Assembly (NCBI RefSeq): GCF_006345805.1 | Contig: NC_043007.1 | Location: 31,806,001-31,870,000, forward strand | From: Octopus sinensis | Taxonomy: Eukaryota | Direction of reading: 5' to 3' | DNA length: 64,000 bases | In this document: positions 34,061 through 46,663 of the stretch, one piece after another | Layout of the letters: each line of letters begins with the position of its first letter | Numbering within the stretch: the stretch's first letter is position 1 | The notes under the pieces: model-generated | What the model was told of the DNA's origin: nothing | What the model saw: only the letters and a program-made list of their open reading frames with translations | Databases searched by the model: none | Position numbers and translations under genes: made by a program

Positions 34061-37000
34061 TCTTCTCACTGACAGTACACATTGTCCAGAAGAGATCAAC
34101 AAACCCCGACAGAGGAATCTCATGAAGACAATAACTAACACTTACCCTTCAACTCGTTTCATCCCCTCAAAGAATTTCACGTTCAAATATTAATGAACGT
34201 AAAACATTAATTTTGATGCTAAATCTTTTTCCGCCACTAATTTACCAAAAACTTTAAACTATCGACATCCAACCGCAATTCTTTTATATATAAATCTCTT
34301 ATCCCTTTTCTTGCTTAAGTCATTAGACTGCAGCCATAACAGGCCACCACCTTGAAGAATTTTAGTCGTACAAATCGACCCTAGGGTTTATTTTCTTTTT
34401 GTACCCAAGATGTTCTGCGGTTGTACTGAACCCGGAACCACGCGCTTACAAAGCGAGCTTCTTAATCACCCAGCCATGCCCACTTGGACGAGTCACCACT
34501 TTAACTTTGACAGTTGTATGGCAATTCTGTCAAACTTTTCAGTTTGAAGTTTTGCCATGTTTATGTTGCCCGATTCTTTGATGGAATTATTAAAAATATA
34601 CAGATTGTACTATGGCTCCCTAGTCAGGTATTTTTAGCGAAAGTTCTGTCCCAATTTCTAACCTGCAAAAGGTCACAATTACTCCTTATTCCAAAAATAC
34701 TCTTTATCTCATAAATGTAACAGTTGTCTATTGAAATATTAACGTAAAATTATGTAGTTAATTTTGATGTTCAGTTTCTGGCGCTCTGCGTTCCGAGTTC
34801 AAATTCCGTCGAGGTAGACTTTGCCTTTCACCAGTTCGCCGTCGATAAAATGATTACCATTTGAAACTGGGGGTCGGTGTAATCGAATAACTCCTCCTTA
34901 AAACTGCTGGCCTTGTGCCAAACTAAGAAAGAATTTTAATGTTCAGATTATTAGCGTGAACATTTATTCCATTCGTTTTCGTCTTTCTATATTTCGAGTT
35001 CGAATTCCAGCGGGGTCCATTTCAGCTTTAATTCAATTGGGTTCGATAAAATATATACCATTGATCTACAGAGATCCATGTATAATACGCACTTTTTTTC
35101 CGCCGAGGGGAAGAGTAAAATCTTAATGCAAAGAGTTTTCTCTGAATCACTTTTAGAAAGAAAAAAAAATACAATAATGTAATAAAGCCGAATAGTTTAA
35201 ATTATTTCTTTATTGCCCATAGGGGGCTAAACATTGAGGAGACAAACAAGGACAGACAGAGGGATTAAGTCGATTACGTCGACCCCAGTGCGTAACTGGT
35301 ACTTATTTAATTGACTCCGAAAGGATGAAAGGCAAAATCGACCTCGGCGGAATTTGAACTCAGAACGTAACGGCAGACGAAATAGGTGAGGAGAAGCACC
35401 TTGGACAAGAGTTTTTAACCACAGCCCCTGCCTGGCTAAACCCTTGTAAGTGGATTTGGTGGAAGGAAACTTCCACATATCCGTATATAATTTTTTTAGT
35501 ATTATTGTTTATCACTTATTGTATATGAAATGAAATATTAAAAAAACTAATTTAATGGGTTATATTCGATCATCTGCTCATGTAGCAGTTATTCAATACT
35601 CCATGTTATGCATGTCATTATAGCAATCCGTGTATCATACTTCTTTAAGATACATTGTTGAAAGCCAACTAAACTGCTGTATTCGTCTCGAGATATCAAC
35701 TCTTATTGACGTAGAGTATTAAGAAACACACAGTAGCAGATGAAAATCACATAGCTGTGACTGAATTTGTCTTAACATGCGGTTGTAAGTGAATATTTGC
35801 TGCTGATGAAGCCCAAAAAGGTAGAAATGTGTTTTTAGCACTGCGACCACCACAGCTCCGTTTGTTGCTGATATATTTCAGGGTCGAGATTAACACTATA
35901 CTTCTATAAGAGATGCTTTCTCGAGACGAAAACTAATATTTTCAGCGATGTATCTGTTTTAAGAATGATACACGGGTTGCTATTTTAAAATAATTTTGCT
36001 TCTACCGTTCATAACGAAGTTTTTAAGATAATTTAAATCTCAAAATGAAGACGCATATTATACTTGGACGTTTATAATCGACTATTCTTGTCCCCACAAA
36101 TTTTTGATTAATATCATTTTAATAGTAATGGACAGGAAAAGGCGGCGAGCTGACAGTCGTTAGCACGCCGGGGAAAATGCTTAGCAGTATTTCATCTGCC
36201 GTTACGTTCTGAGTTCAAATTCCGCCGAGGTCGACTTTGCCGTTCATACTTTCGGTGAACGATAAAATAAGTACCAGTTGAGTACTGGGGTCAATGTGAT
36301 CGACTTACCTAATCCCTCGAAACTACTGGCTTTGTGCCAGAATTTTAAAATTAATATTAATAGACGTGAAAAGGCGGCGAGCTGGCAGAATCGCTTGAAC
36401 GCCAGGTAAAATGTTTTGCGGCGTTTTGTCCGTCTTTACGTTCTGAGTTCGAATTATTATGAGGATGATTTAGCTTTTCATCCATCGATAAAATAAGAAC
36501 CAAGTGATCACTGGGATTGATGTAATCGACTGAACCCCACCCCACCCCACAAATTGCTGGCCTTGTACTGAAATTTGAAACCGATATTAATAGACGTGTT
36601 GCAGAACTCAGGTTTTTGGGGGTTTCTTTATATCTGTTGCCACTGCGCAACAAGTAATTGCGATTATATTCGTTCAAGTTTCCCAATGATACAAGGTTCG
36701 AATATCTTTCATACACAGCCTGTACATCACATTAAAAAGTTCTCTGAAAATTATTATTATTACTCTTCTTTGAATCAACAATTGGTTCAGTCTTAAAGAA
36801 CAGTGGTCTTCCGTCATTTTTTGATTTTTTTTACTTATGGATCTCACTAATTCTTGTTTTATTCTGATGGATCCTCATATCCATTCGATGTTTTAAAAAA
36901 ATCTCATATGTTTATAATTAAATATCAGGAATTATATATTTTTTTTAATTGTTGAAATTTTGTGTTTATTGTGGAAATGTAACCGATTTATTGCACATCA

Positions 37001-39954
37001 ATTTTAACAACAAAACCTTTTATCGACCCCACCAAAAGTCTTACGAACCCTGATTGAAAACCACTGCTACAGAAATACAAAAGAAACAGAATATCAAACA
37101 TGTGACCCGGCCTACATTCTGTGTATGTGTGTGTATATCTGTATTCTCTCTCTGTAGATAGATACATAGATAGATGATATACTTGCTTATGTATATGTAT
37201 TGACAGGTGATTGTGCAACTTCGTTGTACATTGTCTTTTGTACTTTGATATACATAGACATCCCTAAACATTTGTCTTCGTTTATGCAATCAATCACTTT
37301 GTATTTGTGTTGCCCTTCAACCAAATAAAAAAATTATCATCGATATTATATTTTAAAGGCAGCAAGATGGCAGAATCGTTAGCACGAAGGGCAAAATGCT
37401 TAGCGATTTTTCATCCGTCTTTACGTTATGAGTTCAAATTCCACCGAAGTCGACTTTGCCTTTCATCCTTTCGGGGTCGATAAATTAAGTATCAGTGGAA
37501 CACTGGGGTCAATGTAATCGACTTGTCCCCTTCCCCAAAATTTCAGGCCTTGTGCCTTTAGTAGAAATGATTGTTGTTGTTATATGGGGTTGAGTTTCGA
37601 AACGGGTAGGGCGATGGACAAGATACCTAGAAGCTTATTTTCTATTATTCAGCACCAATGTTCATTGTGTTTTCGTCCCTTCTTTGGTATTTTGGGGTTT
37701 CACCTGCAACCACGATCTCTTCAGCAAGGCTCTCACAATATGATCCTCTCCAAATGTAAATGCTTTGTCATAAATAACTTCTGGAAAGACTAATCCGCCC
37801 GCCCGTTTTCTTCAAAGTAGTACAAGTCTCACTTAGAATTTACAATGGACCGTTTTTGTTCTTTTTTTTTTTTTAGGAGATAATCATTCCAAACAACGCT
37901 TTTTTACTCGTTGAAGGACTGGTGCCTTTTTCAACTTGAACAAGAGGGAATGACAGTAACTCTGACCCTTTACAGGGGTTCAAAGTTAATAGAAGGAAGG
38001 GAGAAAGGTATCCACAAACCTGGCTTCAATGCTTGCCATAGAATGGCACCGTTTAAGGAACGCTAGGATCAGGCGAAGGATTAAGCCTTCTACTAAAGTA
38101 GAACACAGCGGGATTTGAACGCAGAACAAAAGAGTCGTTACAAATACCGCAAGAATTTCTGCTCGATGCTTAAAGATTACTGCTTGTTCACCGCTCTGGA
38201 ATGGTACTTAATTTATCGACCCCGGAAAGATAATTGACAAGATTGACCTCGACACTATTTGAATTCAGAATGCGAGGTGCCGGAGGTTGTTTTTTTTTTT
38301 TTTGTTTTCTGGCTCTAAAAGCCTTTAAAAATCTAAAAAGGGGCCAAAATTATGAAATTTAAAACTATAAAATCATCATTTTTTTAACTCTAAGCAAAAA
38401 ACTAAATAAATAAATAAATAAATAAATAAAATGTTTTTGGGTTCTAAAGCCCTCAAAAAGGCAAAAAGAGCTGATTTTATAGTTTTGGCATTTTTTAACC
38501 CTTTAATGTCTAAGCCGGCCAAAACCCGTTGTATATTATTCCTCTACGAAATCTTTTTTTAAAAAATTAACAAATCACGCTAGTGAATTCTGATAGCTTT
38601 GAGATAATGTGAGGGCTTTTCTTCCAGAAAGCACAGAACTGGGAGAAAAACAAAATTAACTGGGGTGGATGCCAACAGAGAAAATATCGACTTCCATAAA
38701 GTGGAAAAAATAAATGGAAGGGAAAAAGTTGGTAAATATTTCGGTGTGAACGCAAATATCTGTTACGTGGTAGCAGGGCATGCTAGAAATAGCAACCAAA
38801 TCTTCACTTTTCTGGGAAAAGGAGCCGTTTACACGTAATTTCGATGTCACATTCGTTGAAAGCATGCAAAATAGCCCTTCTTTGTATCGTATAACTGCCC
38901 AAATGTTTTTTTTTGCCGCCTGTTACGTTCTATTTTCTTTAGTTATTGTGCGGTGATAGCTTTAAGCTTATAAAATACTATTGTTATTATTTATAGAATT
39001 GTAAAAATCGACGCTGCTTAACAAAAACTATATATATATATAAATTTAAATTTAACGGCTTTATACTTTTATAAGGAGCTTATATATAGATGTAAGCTAC
39101 CTCTAAATATTTGTCTTTTATCGACTAAACCTGCCAAAATGGTGCCCCAATATTGTCGCAGTTCCATTACTGTTTTTCTTCCTTTTTTCTCTATCACACG
39201 ACTTTGTAAATGAACAATCTGGTCCATTTATTTTAATGGACTGCCAATGTATAGAGTGCGTTTCTCTGCCCTGGAGTCAGGAAGACACTCGGCAAGAAAT
39301 AGAAACAGAATTGAAAGATGATAATGAAAATAATAATAATAATAATAATATCGGACGATTGTAGTGCGAAAGACATGTTAGCCATTCAAAAATGCACGAA
39401 GGCTGTCGACTTCACTAAAATGTTTATTTGTAATATGGTGTCAAATTTTTCGTCGCCCGAAACTGCGACCTGCCTCGCTGACAAAAAAAATTTGATGCAT
39501 CTTTGTATTTTCCATTCAGTCACTTTAAGTTTCAGCACACTATCTCAAATCAAAACACTTGCAATACAAATACGTCTCCGTAACAACAACAACAATAATA
39601 ATAACAATAATAATAATAAGTCAAGCTAAGTAGAAGAGACTGGATTAAATTTAGCTGATAATAGTGAACAACAGGGAGAAAATTAGCTGACGGTAATTTT
39701 TGAGACACTTTGGGAGTAAAAAATGCGTCTTATACGCCATTATATATGGTAAGCAGCGTTGGATTATCCATAAGGCAAAATAAACATACACTTAGAGCTT
39801 CAAAGGAAGAGGGGCAACACAGAAATGGTAAAAGGTTTACGGCACAAAAGAAATCACTTTAAACTTGCTTAAATAATATTCGAAGTGGTTTATTTGATCG
39901 GAAATATAATTTTGAAGAGTTCGTGGTGTCATGGTGAGGATCTGATGAATGATT

Positions 39955-40385
39955 AAATAAGTACCAGCACTGGGGTCGATAAAATCGACTTTATCCGTTT
40001 GTCTGTCCTTGTTTGTCCCCTCTGTGTGTAGCCCCTTGTGGGTAGTAAAGAAATAGGTATTTCGTCTGTCTTTACGTTCTGAGTTCAAATTCCGCCGAGG
40101 TTGACTTTGCCTTTCATCCTATCGAGGTCGATAAATTAAGTACCAGTTACACACTGGAGTCGATCTAACCGACTTAATCCCCTCCCAAAAATTTCGGGCT
40201 TTGTGCCTAGAGTAGAAAAGTATTTCGTCTGTCTTTACGTTCTGAGTTGAAATTCCATCGAGATCGACTTTGCTTTTCATCCTTTCAGGGTTGATAAATT
40301 AAGTACCAGTTGCGTTCTGGGGTCGATCTAATCGACTGGCCCCTTTCTTCAAAATTTTAAGCTTTGTGCCTAGAGCAGAAAAGAA
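39955..40385 (+). mobile_element. SINE family A tandem array lacking the 5' head
   Basis: Units restart at TATTTCGTC (40058, 40221). Confidence 0.85.
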
Positions 40386-41005
40386 TAATGCCGTCTTTTA
40401 GAGATTTTTTCTTCTTTTGTACATCCAGTCGTACACTAATATTCGCCTTCCCTTTTTAAGATGAAAGGGCTTTGTTTGAAGTAAACCTGATTGTTATTTC
40501 TAGCTGGTCGAGCGACCACGTTGACTTGTATCGAATTGCCGTTAAATGGAGAGCGAATTGGAATGGACCGATGTCGTGTGCCAAAAGTGGGACAGGGTAA
40601 CACAAAGATCCATTTCTCTACGGTACAAGAGGACTTGTAACAAATGTTTAATTTGTAGTTTTATGTTTACATTCAATGGAAAAGTTTACAAATTTGCCTC
40701 GTTAGGAGGATGATAATGTAAGGATATATTCGTCGTCGTCTTCATCATCACTATTATTGTTGTTGTTCGATATTGTTGTTGCTGTTATTAAGGAAGCGAG
40801 CTGGTGGAATCGTTTGTGCGCAGGTTTAAAAGCTTAGCGCCATTTCTTCCGACTGTTTACGTTCCAAGTTCAAATACTTCTGAGGTCAATTTTACCGTTC
40901 ATCTATTCGGCTTTTGATAAAATAAAGTGCCAATCAAGTACTAGGGTCCCGCCACCCTAAAATTGCTGTCCTTGTGCCCAAATTTGAAATGAATATTATT
41001 AAGGG

Positions 41006-41744
41006 CGCCTGGCACCTGGAGTGTCGTCAGACGCTTACACTTCTCTGCCAGTCGGGCAATGCGGTCGGTGGCAGTTCCACTATGGAGAGTTAGTGGCGAG
41101 CAAGTAGGATGAGGTTCTCGGGGAGACTCTGGATATGGACAAGAATGAATTGGTTGGTTTGTTCCGGAGAACTTTCGGGCCGGGACCTATGGATAACTTC
41201 GAGAAATCCTTGGCCTGGCAGTACTACCGCGGGGCACTGCCTGTTCGGGATAAACTCTACAGGCACGAAAGTGCGGTCAGCTGGGCTTTCCCGAGATGCT
41301 CGCAGAGTGATGAAATCGTTCTACACGCTCTCGTCCAGTGTCCGAGTATTTCTGACTTGTGGGTTTATGTGGGACACCTTCCCCAACGTGTGGATCTGAT
41401 CTGGCTATCGGCTGAGTCCATTGTGAAGATAGGCCCGTCACTTTCCTTTGGCCGGAAAGGGCAAGCTGTTTTTCTTTGCCTTAGCGATAGAGGCTGTGTA
41501 TTGGACCAGACTGGAAGGGCTGAAGACAGACATTTTCCTCTTTGGCCAAGCCATCATCATCTTTTACAGGTTTCACTTGAAAAGAAAAGTGAGGGTGGAA
41601 AGGAAAGTCCTAGGAGGTCTCTTCTTTTGGGGAATTTTGTTGTAATATTCGGTTGTTTTTGTTTTATTTTTATTGCTTACAAGACTTTCATGTAACCCCA
41701 CATGCGTGTTTTTTTTATATAAACCCTTTGTGGTTAACAAAGAA

Positions 41745-41745
<1 letters not shown>
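41006..41745 (+). mobile_element. L1/Tx1-clade LINE 3' fragment (zf-RVT region, frameshifted)
   Basis: LAWQYYRGALPVRDKLYRH...(C>F)PRC...DE.VLHALVQCP is a CCHC knuckle with the first Cys lost; continues as VYWTRLEGLK...HLKRKVRVER in another frame; GC-rich block. Confidence 0.8.
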
Positions 41746-41784
<39 letters not shown>

Positions 41785-44700
41785 TATGTTTGACTTTTGC
41801 TTTACATTTGTACAAGTTGGCTCCAAGTCTCACCCAGAGACCTCAAGAGACAACAAGTTGGAAGTTCATGTTGGTGTTATGCCGAGTGTGCCATATATTT
41901 GGTTTTGTACTTAGTGTTTTACTAGTGAATCTATTATTATTATTATTAAGGTGGGTGGTGAGCTGGAAGAATCGCTTAGCGATATTTCATCCATCTTCAC
42001 GTTTTGAGTTCAAATTCCGCCGAGGTTGACTCTGCCGTTCATCCTTTCGAGATCGATGAAATAAGTACTAATTGGGCACTGGAGTTGATGTAATCGACTA
42101 GTCCCCCCACCTCAAATATCAAGCCTTGTGCCTATAGTAGAAAAGATTATTATTATTATTGTTGTTGTTGTTGTTGTTATATACATAATTCTCCTTCTTT
42201 TTACTCAAGACGACTGATTTAAGGGAGATTTGGATGCTATTTCTAGTAAATAAAAAGTTCATGTAAAAGTTTTGTCGAACCCAGGTAATAAAGTCACAGA
42301 AAAAAAAGTTACAGGGGTTTTGTCCGGATCCCATAAATTGACTTTTTACCTGTGACTTTTTTTCCGAGTCATCGTTGCCTTGTTTTTCTACATTTGTTAT
42401 CTATTTTCTGTTGATGTTTTTGTTATTCTGAATGTTACAACAACAACAACAACAGGGACAACAGAAGCTTCCAACCAAGGCGAAAGCCTCTGTTTGTTTA
42501 GAAATAGCACTCAAGTCTCCCTCACATTCACCAGTGCCGTCTTTGCAACATTGTAAGCTCCTTTAGCAAATCAACACCCTGGGCCCTATCGTATTTATTT
42601 ATTGACAACAAACCACAGCACCCACAGATCAGAATCAGACCCCTAGACCCAAGGGTGGACCTGAGCAAATGCCCGGTGTGCCAATGCCCAAAGATGGCAC
42701 TGCATACCACATCTTGCTGTCTTTACAAAAAATGGAGGAGTCCTAGGATACATTAATCATTTACTTCATTCAGTCTTTGAACTGCGCCCATGTTGGAGCA
42801 CTGCTTTGAATGGTTTTATTCAGTGGTTCTTTACGGAGGTCCATGTAAGATTTGGAGAGAGATCCACGCAAGCATAGAAAATCAGAGATCCACACTAGTA
42901 TTTTAAGCATCCGTGGATAAATTTTGATTTACATGACTTTATTGCAAGGAACCGTTGGGTTTCTTTCTCTAACGTTTTACGTAAGTTCAGCCCACACAAA
43001 GGAATGTGTGATGAGCAAAATAGGAATTTTGAAAGAAGTTTCTATAAAACTAGTTTTTAAACACTGAATGGCTATAGGGGTCTCTCCCCCTCCTGATCAT
43101 AGACTCGAAAACAGGGGCTGTAGAGGTGCGCTTGCGCCCCCTGAAACTATTGGGGTGCAATGAAAACGCTTTGAGCATCCTCCCCAGACAAATGGTTACC
43201 GTCCCCTTAGCGAATTTTGTTCCTGCCTCTGATAGTTTAATTTCCATATTCTTAATGTCGTTATTTTGGTTCTCTTGTGACAAATAAAACACGTTGTTGT
43301 TGCTGTTGTTGTTTAGTCCCCAGCCATCTTTGGCAGAATCTATGTGCGGGGGTCAACAAGAGAAATTTCATAATGCAAGATAAGGTTGCTTTCAGGCCCC
43401 GAAAGGAGGATGTCCTCTCAAAACTCAGTGGTGCGGGTTTTTCTGTTTTTTAGGGTCCGTTCCCTTTTTCCTTATTTTCACCTGTTCACCTTTTTGAGCT
43501 CTGTGTCCCAGGTCATTGGTCGGGTTGGACACCATTCCGCCCTACTTGTCATAGAAAACATATCAAGCATGACATGCCAGGCATGAGCATCCCGTTGTAT
43601 TTTCCAGGACTAGTCCTTCTAGGACCATATCATCCAATCTGTAATATTTTACCCAAGACAAGGGCAGCGAGCTGGCAGAAATGTTAGCACACCAGGCGAA
43701 ATGCCTAGCGGTATTTCGTCTGTCTTTACGTTCTGAGTTCAAATTCCGCTGAGGTCGAATTTGTATTTCGTCCTTTCGGGGTCGATAAATTAAGTACCAG
43801 TTGCGCACTGGGTTCGATCTAATCGACTGAACTCCTCCCCCAAAAATTTCGGGCCTTGTGCCTAGAGTAGATAAATAAATTTTCCCAAGACAGTAGTGTC
43901 ATTTTAGGAAGAGATTTGGCTGCTCTTTCTAGTCATTCGAACGATCACGTAGAGGCTCTTTCTGTTGTCGAATGTTAGTGGCGGTGGTGACGGTCATGTT
44001 GATGTTGGTAGTGATTGGTGTTGGTGGCGCTGCTGGGGATTGTGTTATTGTTGATGGTGGTTGTGGTACTTTCTGTTTGTCTAAGTGACCTTTGATCGAT
44101 ACAATGTCTATCAATAGAAAGTGACAGCCTATATTAAACAAAAAAAAAAAACCCTGACAGTTGTCTGTCAGCTGATATTCAACCCATCTATTCGTCTCTT
44201 GGCTATTTTTGGCGCCAAAACAATGTTTATTTACAAATGATGCCATGTGTTAACTTTACGATATTTTATTAGTCATGTACTATAAATGAAATGAAACTTC
44301 TCTCGCACAGAGATCCAATGTTTGTACGAATCAGGAACGAGTTAGAGCCACAACGATGCCAACCCGGCCCTGTAGTAAAATCACATGATGTTTAAACTGC
44401 GCACACGTGTGTCTAAGTGTTTACATTGAGCCCTGGGGTGCTGTGATGTAATTGTAGCGACAAGAGAATAGTTCTTCCAACCATTGTTTTTTTTTGTTTC
44501 GTTTGTTGATATTTATTTACTCAAAATATTTGTGGTTAAGAAGGTTCGCTTTTACAACCATGCGGTTTCGGGTTCGGACTCACGGCGCAGCACCTTGGGG
44601 AGGTGTTTTCTATCATAGCTCCAGGTTATACTGAGTAAATTTGATAGACTGAAAAAGTGAGGAAACCCATTGTATATATATGTCGTCGTCGTCGACGATG

Positions 44701-45016
44701 ACCAAAGATTTCACACGGGAGTGTGTGAGAGAGAGAGAGAGAGAAAATGGAAGGGGGGGGATTACGATAAACACAGGTTTATATTATTTGTTTCCACGTA
44801 CGTTTCACCACTGTTTGGGAGGCTTAACCCCAACGGGTCCCCAGGGAATACTTCATTGCATTATGTTACAGAGAACTAGTGCGCACTGTGTGTGTACTGA
44901 TTTCAAATTTTGGCACAGGGCAAGTATTTTTCGGGGGCATGGGCTAGTCGATTACATCGAACCCAGTAATTTTTCGACCCCAAAAGGATGAAAGGCAAAG
45001 TCGACTTCGGAATTTA

Positions 45017-45074
<58 letters not shown>

Positions 45075-46299
45075 TTATTCTTTTTTAGTTATTTGATTGC
45101 GGCCATGCTGGAGCATGGTCTTTTAGTCGAGTGAATCGACCCCAGGATTTATTCTTTATAAGCCTAGTACTTATTCTATCAGTATCTTTTGCCGAACCGC
45201 TAAGTTATAGTTATAGGGACGTAAACACACCAGCATCGGTGGTCAAGCGATGTTGGGGGTACAGACACACACACTATAGGAGAAGACACTTGCCCAAGGT
45301 GACACGCAGTGGGACTGAACCTGGAACCATAAGATTGGTAAGCGAGCTACTTACCACACAGCCACTCCTGCACCTATATATATATATGTGTGTGTGTATG
45401 TATGTATGTATATATGTATGTATGTATATATATAGTGGCAATCTTTGGAATAAATTGAGGCAATTGGTTTATTTTTCTACTTCTTTCTCTCGAAAGTCTC
45501 ATAAAAAGTAACTGGTTCAAGGTGTTGTATTGTTTATACATTTAATATCTGGCAGACACGTTAGCACGCCGGGCGAAGTGCTTTGCGGTATTTCATCTGT
45601 TGTTACGTTCTGAGTTCAAATTCCGCCGAGGTCAACTTTGCCTTTCATCCTTTCAGGGTCGATAAATAAAGTACCAGTTGAGGACTGGGGTCGATATACT
45701 CGACTTAATCCGTTTGTCTGTCCTTGTTTGTCCTCTCTGTGTTTAGCCCCTTGTGGGTAGTAAAGAAATAGGTATTTCGCCTGCCACTCTGAATTCAAAT
45801 TCTGCCGAGGTTGACTTTGCCTTTCATACTTTCGGGCTCGATAAATTAATTACCAGCTGCGTACTGGGGTTGATCTAATCAACTATCCCCTCCCCCAAAT
45901 TGCAGGCCTTGTGCCTATAATAGAAAGGATTGTTTTATTTTACATCTTTACCACAATGCTTCAAGCAAGCTACAACATCCTTCTTACATTGTATAATGGC
46001 CTCAAATTTTGGTACAAGGCCAGCAACTTCAGGGGTAAGTTGATTACAGTGTCCAACTAGGCCTTGTTTTATCAGCCCCAGAAGGACTAAAGGCAAAAGT
46101 CAGCCCTGGCAGAATTTGAACTCAGAACGTAAAGATGGACAAAATGCTGCTGAGCATTTTGCCCAACATATTAACATTCCTGTCATTTCACCATCTTCTT
46201 CTTCTTCCATTATATAATGTTGAATCTCCTAATTTGTTAGTTGATGTCCATTTGAGAACATTCCAAACTTCTCAAATGTTTTTTTATTTTACTCCTCAG

Positions 46300-46663
46300 G
46301 CAAATTTCACCATGGCACTGGAAACGGTGGTTGAAGAACATGACGATGGTCAGTCTTCACCTCCAACATTGAATTTAGCAAGCCCGTCACTTGATTCATT
46401 GCACATCCATCAATCTTCTTTGAACATCGCTTCAACGGAACCTCCACCGTTTCTCTTGACTGAAATACATGACTATGAGGAAGAGAAAAACAGAAATAGT
46501 GTGGAAGAAGAGCAAATTCCACACAGTTCTGTTGTTGTGGAAGAACCGACCAATGAGTCTGAGGACAACACAACATATTTGGAACCTGGAGAAGATAAGG
46601 ATTCAGAAAATACTTTTGAAGCTGATTACGATATTGAAGAACACTGGGACATTGATCAAGAAG
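46300..46663 (+). CDS. LRRC74: LRRC74-like first coding exon (ATG 46312; acidic, low-complexity N-terminus MALETVVEEHDDG...WDIDQE)
   Basis: Pyrimidine tract plus ctcAG acceptor at 46298-46299, accATGG start, donor AAG|GTAAAT at 46664, phase 1 matches next exon. The acceptor implies an upstream, probably non-coding, exon that I could not locate. Confidence 0.8.

Noticed and set aside
36625-36645. GTTGCC-ACTG-CGCAAC as an RFX X-box for a ciliary gene
   Set aside because: Spacer and right half-site deviate from consensus, and it lies ~10 kb from the first known exon
20601-39749. Tc2/pogo-like ends at 20601 and 39749 as one 19-kb element
   Set aside because: Only about 19 of 26 terminal bases match and subterminal sequences differ; more likely two separate fragments
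39955-40385. Tandem SINE units as a CRISPR-like array
   Set aside because: Units are contiguous 160-185-bp repeats without unique spacers, in a eukaryotic context
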